Shown here: piece after piece, positions 35,963-46,033 of the stretch
Layout of the letters: every line of letters begins with the position of its first letter
How positions within the stretch are numbered: the stretch's first letter is position 1
Source: Bacteroidia bacterium
GTDB lineage: Bacteria; Bacteroidota; Bacteroidia; M30B66
NCBI GenBank assembly: GCA_965279035.1
Contig: OZ257142.1
Span: forward strand, 2,368,001-2,432,000
Direction of reading: 5' to 3'
Length of the DNA: 64,000 bases
Program-made: the position numbers and the translations under genes
The notes under the pieces: generated by a model
Seen by the model: only the letters and a program-made list of their open reading frames with translations
Database searches by the model: none
Told to the model about the DNA's origin: nothing

Positions 35963-36871
35963 ATGAATTCAATCAAAACGCTATTTTTTCTGTTCATTTT
36001 AGGTTGTTATTTACCTTCATTGGCTCAGGATGCAGATCGAAAAGCTAGTATTTATTTTCCTTTCAATAGTTCTGTACCAGAGTTGGAATCACTGCAAAAC
36101 CTACAAAAGCTTCTTTCAATTGCACATTTCGATACACTTAAATTAACTGCTCATTGCGACGCAATTGGTTCGGATCATTACAATGATTCATTATCGAACA
36201 AAAGAAAGGATGCAGTAATTCATTGGCTCATTGAGCAAAAGCTGATAAATACTCAAACCATTAAAATTATCTCATCAGCACAAGGAGAACGGAAGCCTTT
36301 AAATTCAAATGCTACTGAAGAAGAGCGTCGATTAAACCGGCGTGTAGAATTGACTTGGAATAAAATCCGTCAGGTGATTGAAATTCCTAAAAAACCAGTT
36401 CATGATATTCAAGTTGATACCGTTGCTCAAACTGAAATCAAACAACCCATTGAATCTCAAACTAGTTCAATGGCAGAACAAATTGAGCAAGCAAAAGAAA
36501 CGGGCAAATCACTCATTTTAAAGAATATTAATTTTGTTGGTGGACGAGCTCAGTTTCTACCGATTGCATTTCCAACACTAAAAGAATTAGTTAAAATAAT
36601 GAAAGAAAATCCGGAATTGAAGATCGAAATTCAGGGACATGTTTGTTGTACGATGGATGGTGCTGATGGCCCAAATCTGGAAACAGGCGGTGAAGAACTT
36701 TCGGTTGATCGAGCCAGAGCGGTATATGATTATTTAATCTACAACGGAATTGAAAAATCGCGCTTACGCTACAAAGGCTTTGGTGGAAAAAAGCGATTAA
36801 TTTATCCCGAAATGTCTGAATCGGATCGTGTAACCAACCGACGTGTTGAAATAGTCGTATTGAAAGATTAA
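35963..36871 (+). CDS. OmpA-family protein with two OmpA C-terminal peptidoglycan-binding domains
   Basis: Signal peptide; HCDAIG..YN..LS..R..NRRVE and IQGHVCC..LS..RA..NRRVE. Confidence 0.88.
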   Translation: MNSIKTLFFLFILGCYLPSLAQDADRKASIYFPFNSSVPELESLQNLQKLLSIAHFDTLKLTAHCDAIGSDHYNDSLSNKRKDAVIHWLIEQKLINTQTIKIISSAQGERKPLNSNATEEERRLNRRVELTWNKIRQVIEIPKKPVHDIQVDTVAQTEIKQPIESQTSSMAEQIEQAKETGKSLILKNINFVGGRAQFLPIAFPTLKELVKIMKENPELKIEIQGHVCCTMDGADGPNLETGGEELSVDRARAVYDYLIYNGIEKSRLRYKGFGGKKRLIYPEMSESDRVTNRRVEIVVLKD

Positions 36872-37797
36872 AGATTTAGTGGACCTTGTTTTCTAAATTC
36901 TCCAGGGGTTTGTCCAGTAAGCTTTTTAAATAATATAAAAAAGTAATTGGTATTGTTGAAACCTGAACGGTAGCAAACATCCGTTAATGACAATCCTAAA
37001 TCGCACAGTAGCTTTTTAGCTAGATTAATGCGTTCCTTTTGAATAAATTCAACAGGTGTTAATCCTAATTCACGTTTGAATGCACGATGGAAATTAGCTT
37101 TACTCATGCATGCCATTTCGCTCAATTTATCAATGCATAACACATCTCCTAAATGGCTTTGTATATGAGAAATTGCATAGGCTAATCTATTTCGAGAACT
37201 GTTTTCACTGGCATGATCAATCAATACTTTGCGTGCTTGGGTTTGAAGCAAACGAACAATCAATTCTTGTATAGAAAGATTTGCCAATAAATCCCTTGAC
37301 TGATGGGGCTCTAAACTCAATTTAACCAAGCGACTTAATGTATCTGCCAACTGATCATTATTTCGAAAATGAAATTGATTCCAGGCAATATCCCAAAGTT
37401 CTCCGTCTTCCGATTTGGGATAATGTTCGTTTAATAATCCAATTGTCTGTCGAATAATATCCTGATTCACAGCTAATGCTAAACACTGTGTTGGATTGCT
37501 CTGTTTGGCTTCAGGAAAATCAATCAACATTTCTTCCCCTGGACCAAGAATAACCGATTCTCCAGGATAATATTCAAAGTGTGTATCACCTTTGAGATGC
37601 ATCACTTTTTTTCCAAGCAACATCGATGTAAATACCAAATCATCAAATTGTAATCGAACATTATCAGCCTGCAAATGCGTTTCGAAAACATTTAACTCAA
37701 ACTGTGGACGAGAGATCACCGTTCGGTTTTCAACTAAAGTCAATAAATCCTCTGGTTTTCGAAGTGATGGAGCAAAAGGAACAAACGATGACTGCAT
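36868..37797 (-). CDS. AraC-family transcriptional regulator
   Basis: N-terminal ligand domain (ELNVFETH..SMLLGKKVMH) and C-terminal double HTH (LSEMACMS..F.R.FK..G.TP; GF....YF...FKK..G.TP). Confidence 0.92.
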   Translation of the reverse strand: MQSSFVPFAPSLRKPEDLLTLVENRTVISRPQFELNVFETHLQADNVRLQFDDLVFTSMLLGKKVMHLKGDTHFEYYPGESVILGPGEEMLIDFPEAKQSNPTQCLALAVNQDIIRQTIGLLNEHYPKSEDGELWDIAWNQFHFRNNDQLADTLSRLVKLSLEPHQSRDLLANLSIQELIVRLLQTQARKVLIDHASENSSRNRLAYAISHIQSHLGDVLCIDKLSEMACMSKANFHRAFKRELGLTPVEFIQKERINLAKKLLCDLGLSLTDVCYRSGFNNTNYFFILFKKLTGQTPGEFRKQGPLNL

Positions 37798-37863
37798 AGA
37801 TTTGGTTGATTATCTAAGGCAATTTAAAGATAATATCAATTTGTTGACGTTAAAAATAAACAA

Positions 37864-37900
37864 TGAGAGTATTGTAAACTCCTTTGATACAATCATCAAT
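37864..37900 (+). promoter_or_regulatory. Candidate AraC tandem half-sites upstream of the aldehyde dehydrogenase gene
   Basis: TGAgAgtATtgTaAA (37864) and TGAtAcaATcaTcAA (37885), 21 bp apart. A -7-like TAATCTTG lies at 37922-37929. Confidence 0.35.
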
Positions 37901-37950
37901 ACGATTCCATTGTAAGCTGGTTAATCTTGTTTAAACGAATCATCACTCTT

Positions 37951-39474
37951 ATGGAAACTTTAGAATCAACTCAAGTACTTGTGGCTCGACCACATTTTAA
38001 AAGTCGTTACGACAACTTTATTGGTGGCAAATTTGTCGCACCGGTAAATGGAGAATATTTCGATAATATTTCTCCAATCGATGGTAAGGCATTTACTCAA
38101 GCTGCCCGTTCAACCAAAGAAGACATCGATTTAGCTATTGAAGCAGCTTGGAAAGCATTTCCTTCTTGGTCGAAAACATCGGTTACTGATCGTAGTAATA
38201 TGTTGTTGAAGATTGCTGATGTGATGGAAAAGAATCTCGAACTTTTAGCAACAATCGAAACTATCGATAATGGTAAAGCCATTCGTGAAACACGTGCCGC
38301 AGATCTTCCTCTAGCAATTGACCATTTCCGTTACTATGCAGGCGTCATTCGTGGTGAAGAAAGTACCGTTTCAGAACTCGATCACAATACCTTGTCTTTG
38401 AATATCCACGAACCAATTGGTGTTGTTGGACAAATCATTCCATGGAATTTCCCTCTATTGATGGCTGCTTGGAAAATCGCTCCAGCATTGGCTGCAGGTT
38501 GTTGCACCATTGTAAAACCAGCAGAACAAACTCCAACAAGTTTAATGGTTTTAATGGAACTCATTGCTGGAATTTTGCCGGATGGTGTTCTTAACGTATT
38601 AACTGGTTTCGGTCCTGAAGCTGGAAAACCATTGGCTCAACATCCACGTTTGAGTAAAGTAGCTTTCACAGGAGAAACTACTACTGGTCGTTTGATTATG
38701 CAGTATGCTTCCGAAAACTTAATACCTGTTACCATGGAACTAGGAGGGAAGTCGCCCAATATTTTCTTCCCAAGTATTGTAGATGCTGATGATGAATTCT
38801 TCGACAAAGCCATTGAAGGTGCGGTATTATTCGCCTTAAATCAAGGGGAAGTGTGTACTTGTCCTTCGCGTGTTTTAGTTCACGAGAAAGCGTATGACAA
38901 ATTCATCGAACGTGTGATTGCTCGTACGAAAGCCATTAAAGTTGGAAATCCACTCGATCCAACAACCATGATGGGAGCTCAAGCTTCGAATGATCAATAT
39001 CAAAAAATTCTTTCTTACCTCGAAATTGGTAAACAAGAAGGAGCTGAGTTATTGACTGGCGGAGGTGCTAAACATGTCAACAGCGGTTGTGAAAATGGAT
39101 ATTACATCGAGCCAACGTTGTTTCGTGGCACGAACAAAATGCGCATTTTCCAAGAAGAAATTTTTGGACCGGTGAGCTCTGTTACTACATTCAAAACAAC
39201 CGAAGAAGCCATTGCCATTGCGAATGATTCGCTTTACGGATTAGGTGCTGGTGTTTGGACTCGCGATGCACATGAAATGTTCCAAGTTCCTCGTGCTATT
39301 CAAGCAGGTCGTGTTTGGGTGAATTGTTACCATGCATATCCAGCTCATGCTCCTTTTGGTGGCTACAAAAAATCAGGTTTCGGACGTGAGACGCATAAAA
39401 TGATGTTGAATCATTATCGTCAAAACAAGAACATGCTGATTTCATTTGACAAAAATAAATTAGGCTTCTTCTGA
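37951..39474 (+). CDS. NAD-dependent aldehyde dehydrogenase (AldB/ExaC-type)
   Basis: [48 protein letters not shown] and C-terminal LGFF. ATG 37951 preferred over TTG 37927. Confidence 0.93.
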   Translation: METLESTQVLVARPHFKSRYDNFIGGKFVAPVNGEYFDNISPIDGKAFTQAARSTKEDIDLAIEAAWKAFPSWSKTSVTDRSNMLLKIADVMEKNLELLATIETIDNGKAIRETRAADLPLAIDHFRYYAGVIRGEESTVSELDHNTLSLNIHEPIGVVGQIIPWNFPLLMAAWKIAPALAAGCCTIVKPAEQTPTSLMVLMELIAGILPDGVLNVLTGFGPEAGKPLAQHPRLSKVAFTGETTTGRLIMQYASENLIPVTMELGGKSPNIFFPSIVDADDEFFDKAIEGAVLFALNQGEVCTCPSRVLVHEKAYDKFIERVIARTKAIKVGNPLDPTTMMGAQASNDQYQKILSYLEIGKQEGAELLTGGGAKHVNSGCENGYYIEPTLFRGTNKMRIFQEEIFGPVSSVTTFKTTEEAIAIANDSLYGLGAGVWTRDAHEMFQVPRAIQAGRVWVNCYHAYPAHAPFGGYKKSGFGRETHKMMLNHYRQNKNMLISFDKNKLGFF

Positions 39475-39499
39475 GCTTAAAATAATTAGGATTGACACT

Positions 39500-39538
39500 A
39501 AAACAGAGGACTTTTTAAAAGAAGAGTTCTCTGTTTTT
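39500..39538 (+). terminator. Intrinsic terminator between the aldehyde dehydrogenase and DUF779 genes
   Basis: AAAACAGAGGACTTTT-loop-AAGAGTTCTCTGTTTT followed by Ts. Confidence 0.6.
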
Positions 39539-39551
39539 TAATTATGATACG

Positions 39552-39911
39552 ATGGAAAAGGAAGAAAATGTTTGTGCTACACCGGCTGCACTCGAACTAA
39601 TTGAAAAGCTTAAGTCAATGCACGGTGAATTAATGTTTCACCAAAGCGGCGGATGTTGCGATGGTTCGGCTCCCATGTGTTTCGAATTGGGCGATTTTAA
39701 AGTAGGGGAGAGCGATCTACTCATCGGACACATTGGTGGTAGTCCGTTTTACATTAGTGCAGACCAATTTGATTATTGGAAGCACACACAATTGATAATT
39801 GATGTTACACCTGGTAGAGGAAGCAGTTTTTCCATTGAAATTCCATTAGGTGTGCGGTTTCTTTTACGCTCTCAACTTCGCGAGCAGCCTATGTCAATCA
39901 TTGATAAATAA
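39552..39911 (+). CDS. DUF779 family protein
   Basis: HGELMFHQSGGCCDGSAPMC..QFDYWKHTQLIIDV..GRGSSFS.E..G.RF; the usual partner of this ALDH type. Confidence 0.9.
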   Translation: MEKEENVCATPAALELIEKLKSMHGELMFHQSGGCCDGSAPMCFELGDFKVGESDLLIGHIGGSPFYISADQFDYWKHTQLIIDVTPGRGSSFSIEIPLGVRFLLRSQLREQPMSIIDK

Positions 39912-39939
39912 AAAATCCTGCTTTTGGCGGGATGCTTTT
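39911..39939. terminator. Probable bidirectional terminator
   Basis: ATCCTGC-TTTTG-GCGGGAT flanked by A and T runs, between convergent genes. Confidence 0.5.
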
Positions 39940-39954
39940 AAACGGAAATTAGGA

Positions 39955-41034
39955 TTAAACCAAGGCTAAAGTAGGATAATCGATATATCCTTTTTCACTG
40001 GGTGTGTAAAAGGTACTATAGTCGGGAGCACTTAGTTCAGCATCGGTTTTCATTCGTTCAACTAAATCGGGATTGGAAATAAATGGGCGGCCAAATGCAA
40101 TCAATTGAGCTTTATCATTCGCTAAATCACTTTCAGCGCGTACCTTATCGTATGCTCCGCTTAGAATTAAGGTTCCTTTAAATGCATTTCGAATAGCAGA
40201 AACTACTTCTTCACCAACGGCTGGAGTTCCCATAGAAGAATGATCAACCAAATGGATGTACACTAAATTCAATTTATTAAGCTCTTTTGCTAAATAAGTA
40301 TAGGTTTCTTCCACTTCAGGATAAGGAAGAATATCGTTAAATGCACCATTGGGTGATAAACGAATCCCAACACGATCAGCACCTATAGCTTCGCTAGTAG
40401 CTTTTGCTACTTCTATGGCAAATCGGCAACGCTTTTCAATCGATCCACCATATTCATCGCTACGATGGTTCGACATAGGAGCAATAAATTGTTCGATCAA
40501 ATATCCATTGGCACCATGCAATTCAACACCATCAAAACCTGCTTCTATTGCATTCTTTGAAGCTTGTACATATTCCGCTATAGATGAGTGAATTTCAGCT
40601 ATACTCATTTCTTTGGGTGCAGAATAATCAACCATTCCTGCATCATCGGTATAAATCTTTCCTTTCATCTGAATAGCCGATGGAGCAAGTATTACAGCTC
40701 CTTCAGGCAAACATGATTGATGACTAACTCGTCCGGTATGCATGAGTTGAAGGAAGATTTTTCCTCCCTTTTCATGAACTGCTTCGGTAACAGTTTTCCA
40801 AGCTGCAATTTGAGCATCATTATATATACCCGGAATACGCGGATAACCAACACCATTGGGAGAAGGAGAAGTTCCTTCACTTATTATTAAACCAGCAGAA
40901 GCTCTTTGACTATAATAAGTAGCAACCATTGCTTGAGGGACATTATCTCGCGAAGATCTATTTCGTGTCATGGGCGACATGACAACTGCATTCTTCAATT
41001 CAATTGAGCCTAGTTTGTAGGGTGAGAAAAGCAT
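39955..41034 (-). CDS. Old yellow enzyme-family alkene reductase (NemA-like)
   Basis: PMTRNRS, YYSQRASAGLIISEG, QLMHTGR, GFDGVELHGANGYL, FGRPFISNPDL and FY..GYIDYP. Confidence 0.93.
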   Translation of the reverse strand: MLFSPYKLGSIELKNAVVMSPMTRNRSSRDNVPQAMVATYYSQRASAGLIISEGTSPSPNGVGYPRIPGIYNDAQIAAWKTVTEAVHEKGGKIFLQLMHTGRVSHQSCLPEGAVILAPSAIQMKGKIYTDDAGMVDYSAPKEMSIAEIHSSIAEYVQASKNAIEAGFDGVELHGANGYLIEQFIAPMSNHRSDEYGGSIEKRCRFAIEVAKATSEAIGADRVGIRLSPNGAFNDILPYPEVEETYTYLAKELNKLNLVYIHLVDHSSMGTPAVGEEVVSAIRNAFKGTLILSGAYDKVRAESDLANDKAQLIAFGRPFISNPDLVERMKTDAELSAPDYSTFYTPSEKGYIDYPTLALV

Positions 41035-41053
41035 GTGAATTTAGTTTAGAACA

Positions 41054-41061
41054 CAAATATA
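41054..41061 (-). promoter_or_regulatory. -7 box (TATATTTG) of the OYE gene
   Basis: Exact TAnnTTTG about 20 nt upstream of the ATG. Confidence 0.6.
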
Positions 41062-41101
41062 TGTTGAAACATGATTGTATGTACAAATATGTGAATTATA
41101 T

Positions 41102-41139
41102 AAAAAAAACGCCGGATAACTTGAATTACCCGGCGTTTT
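41102..41139 (-). terminator. gyrB terminator
   Basis: AAAACGCCGG.TAA..TTA.CCGGCGTTTT stem with T8 on the minus strand. Confidence 0.8.
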
Positions 41140-41156
41140 AAACTTATGTCAATTGA

Positions 41157-43145
<1,989 letters not shown>

Positions 43146-43192
43146 TCAGTACGAAACGTATTGCTACGTAAGAAGCTTTTCTTAAAGCCGTG

Positions 43193-43200
43193 CAAATTTA
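43193..43200 (-). promoter_or_regulatory. -7 box (TAAATTTG) of gyrB
   Basis: Minus strand GCTAAATTTGCACGG, about 60 nt upstream of the start. Confidence 0.65.
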
Positions 43201-43407
43201 GCAAAATCGGGCATATGAGGAAGCGAAAGCGTATCAGTCTACTGCTTATTTTTTCACAGTTAATTAACATTTTAAAAACATTCTGAATGAACCCATTCAA
43301 CCCCAATTTTAAAATGCATATTCTTTAACAAGTTGATGTGAGTAATCTGTGTTTTTTGGAATGATTTGAATCAATCTAGCTTCTATCTTGTCGATAAATA
43401 CAAATCA

Positions 43408-44799
43408 ATGGATAGAAGAACGATACTACGACAACTTCTTTGGGGAATTCCAGCTGGAATAATATTGCCTTCTGTTCTTACTTCATGCAAAAAGGATTCT
43501 TTCTTGCCCGAAAACCAATTCAAAGGAAAAGTGATCATCATAGGTGCAGGTGCTTCTGGAATTTATGCGGCTCATCTTCTCCTAAACTATGGAATCGATG
43601 TAACGATATTAGAAGCATCATCTAAAACAGGTGGCCGAATTCAAGCTAATACCACGTTTGCCAATATTCCAATCGAATTGGGTGCTGAAGAAATTCATGG
43701 TAGAAAATCAGTATTGTATGACCTAGCTTCATTTTATGCACCTGAGAGAATAATGGAGTTTCCGGGTGAAGATTATTATTGGGTGAGCAATCAATTACGT
43801 ACAAATCAATACCTGCATGAAGCAGCCGATTTAAATGGTGCTGGAGCAACCATGTTTAATATTCTCGACAGTTATGGCTCTTACCCAGGAGAAAATATCA
43901 CTCTAAGTCAATATCTCATTAATTTTCCTTTGGACAGTCGACTTACAAAAATTGTAAATGCTCTTACTGGAAATGAATATGGAAGTAGCAATGATCGAAT
44001 AGGAATGCATGCATTAAAAGAAGCCGAAGCAGCATATTCATCCGGAATGGAAAGCTTCACTTTTAAAACTGGAACTTATTGGAGTCTTTTTGAATCTGCT
44101 TTTAGTGATGCATTAAATAAAGTAGTTTTAAACTCCCCTGTAGTTTCAATTAATTATTCGGGTTCTCAAGTGAGTGTAAGTACATCAAATGGTACAGTGT
44201 ATACTGCAGATCGAATACTTGTTACTGTTCCTTTAGCTATTCTTAAAAACTCCAGTATTGTTTTTAATCCAGCATTACCATCCGATAAAATTCAAGCAAT
44301 AAATAATATCGAAATGGGAAATGGAATTAAGGTGGTTCTCGAATTTAATGCTCCGTTTTGGACTTCTGATACAGGTTTTATAATAGGAGGAGATAAAGCT
44401 CCTGAATATTGGATTACTTCTGCCGGAAAAAATTCTGCAAACAGTTATATTACTGCTTTTATCATGGGGCAATCGGCCGATTATCTAGCTTCCATTCCCG
44501 AGTCTCAGGCAGTTCAAGAATTATTAAATGAATTAACTACATTTTACGGAGCTGGCAATGTTCAAAGTAAATTCACTGGAAATTATTTGTTTAAAAATTG
44601 GTCTGATGAACTTTATATCGGAGGAGCCTATTCTTTCCCATCAATGAATAGCACGGGACAACGTGAAATCCTTGCAGCTTCTGTTGAATCGAAAATCTTT
44701 TTTGCTGGTGAGGCAACCAATTACAATGGACATTTAGCCACAGTTCATGGAGCTATGGAATCGGGATATAGAGCTGTTAAAGAACTATTGGAAGCATGA
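43408..44799 (+). CDS. Flavin monoamine oxidase-family FAD oxidoreductase, predicted Tat-exported lipoprotein
   Basis: ATG 43408 gives MDRRTILRQ..LTS-C; GAGASG Rossmann motif, EA...GGR, ELGAE, W..GAYS and FFAGEAT..TVHGA.ESG.RA. Confidence 0.88.
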   Translation: MDRRTILRQLLWGIPAGIILPSVLTSCKKDSFLPENQFKGKVIIIGAGASGIYAAHLLLNYGIDVTILEASSKTGGRIQANTTFANIPIELGAEEIHGRKSVLYDLASFYAPERIMEFPGEDYYWVSNQLRTNQYLHEAADLNGAGATMFNILDSYGSYPGENITLSQYLINFPLDSRLTKIVNALTGNEYGSSNDRIGMHALKEAEAAYSSGMESFTFKTGTYWSLFESAFSDALNKVVLNSPVVSINYSGSQVSVSTSNGTVYTADRILVTVPLAILKNSSIVFNPALPSDKIQAINNIEMGNGIKVVLEFNAPFWTSDTGFIIGGDKAPEYWITSAGKNSANSYITAFIMGQSADYLASIPESQAVQELLNELTTFYGAGNVQSKFTGNYLFKNWSDELYIGGAYSFPSMNSTGQREILAASVESKIFFAGEATNYNGHLATVHGAMESGYRAVKELLEA

Positions 44800-45521
44800 A
44801 AAAAATATATATCATACTATTGTTATCTGGTCTTTTTTTGAATGTTCATTCGCAAAACTATCTTCATTTATCAGGTGGTTATTCTAACATAAATCCAGAT
44901 CAATGGAATAGAACCATTTCTGCCTATAATTTTGCCCGTCCTTGGCTCAAAAATGAACTTCCGGCTATACATAATGCTTGGTCGTATGGATTTGGATATT
45001 CAGGTGTTATTGCACGTGGATTATTTCTATCACCCGAAATTAATTATTCACGATATTCATCTTCATCCACTAATAATACAACCAATGTGGATATAAAAAT
45101 AAATTGGCTTAGAGCTTCTTTGTATATCGATCTCTATCCAATGGAATTTAAACTCGATAGTGTGGGTGCGCGAATTCGTCCATTTATCCGACTTGGCGGT
45201 GGTGCATCGTCCTTGATTCCACGAATATCAATGAATGATTCTCTTACTACAGTGGATGATAAATTATATAAACCTTATGTTTGGTCCTATCAATTGACAG
45301 CAGGATTAGGATGTCGATTTAATATTGTAAAACATATTGATCTTATTCCCGTTTTCTTGTTGAATTATCAACCTTCGGTCAATTTAGAAGACTTTTCATA
45401 TGCCGTTCAAGGAAATCAAATCCTGAATTTATCAGACAAACAAAAAATAATCAACCCACAATTCCTTCTAACATTATCTATTCGTATTGGAAGAAGTGAA
45501 GAAACTCGGGCTAAATTATGA
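44796..45521 (+). CDS. Small outer-membrane beta-barrel protein
   Basis: Signal peptide and amphipathic strands (RPFIRLGGG, YQLTAGLGCRF). ATGA overlap with the oxidase gene. Confidence 0.65.
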   Translation: MKKIYIILLLSGLFLNVHSQNYLHLSGGYSNINPDQWNRTISAYNFARPWLKNELPAIHNAWSYGFGYSGVIARGLFLSPEINYSRYSSSSTNNTTNVDIKINWLRASLYIDLYPMEFKLDSVGARIRPFIRLGGGASSLIPRISMNDSLTTVDDKLYKPYVWSYQLTAGLGCRFNIVKHIDLIPVFLLNYQPSVNLEDFSYAVQGNQILNLSDKQKIINPQFLLTLSIRIGRSEETRAKL

Positions 45522-45566
45522 AGGCATAATCCTTGTGGTCAAAAATCAAAATAAACTAAAATCAAA

Positions 45567-45983
45567 ATGAAAAAAATCATTGTCATTGCTTCTGCCATCC
45601 TTTTTAGTTTTGCAGTATCGGCGCAAACACCCGCCAGTAAGCCTACAACTAAACCTAAAACCACTCCAGCTCAAGTCAATCCGAGTAGCACACCAACAAC
45701 AAAACCCAAAACAAAAGCAGCACCTACTGAAGTTAAATCAACAACACCAACTAAGGAAACACCAAGTAAACAAGTTGCTCCTAAAGAACAACAAATCAAA
45801 GTAAGTCCTGCAACTCCTACAAAAGACAAAGTAAAAAAGGATGGAACTCCTGATAAACGATATAAAGAAAATAAACGTTTAAAGAAAGATGGCACTCCCG
45901 ATAAACGGTATAAAGAGCATAAAGAAGGAGCTGTGAAGCAACCAGAAACTAAAAAGTTACAAGCAAATCCTCCTAAAAAATAA
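45567..45983 (+). CDS. Secreted Lys/Pro/Thr-rich disordered protein with two KKDGTPDKRYKE repeats
   Basis: Signal peptide MKKIIVIASAILFSFAVSA-Q; 48-bp repeat at 45834 and 45882; terminator follows. Confidence 0.75.
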   Translation: MKKIIVIASAILFSFAVSAQTPASKPTTKPKTTPAQVNPSSTPTTKPKTKAAPTEVKSTTPTKETPSKQVAPKEQQIKVSPATPTKDKVKKDGTPDKRYKENKRLKKDGTPDKRYKEHKEGAVKQPETKKLQANPPKK

Positions 45984-46000
45984 ATTAAATTTAATCGATA

Positions 46001-46033
46001 AAAGCCCTGCAGCATAAGTTGTAGGGCTTTTTT
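46001..46033. terminator. Bidirectional terminator
   Basis: AAAGCCCTGCAGC-ATAA-GTTGTAGGGCTTT followed by Ts. Confidence 0.8.

Noticed and set aside
43200-43400. oriC upstream of gyrB
   Set aside because: Only degenerate boxes, no perfect TTATCCACA, no dnaA/dnaN nearby, and a dif-like site about 18 kb away.
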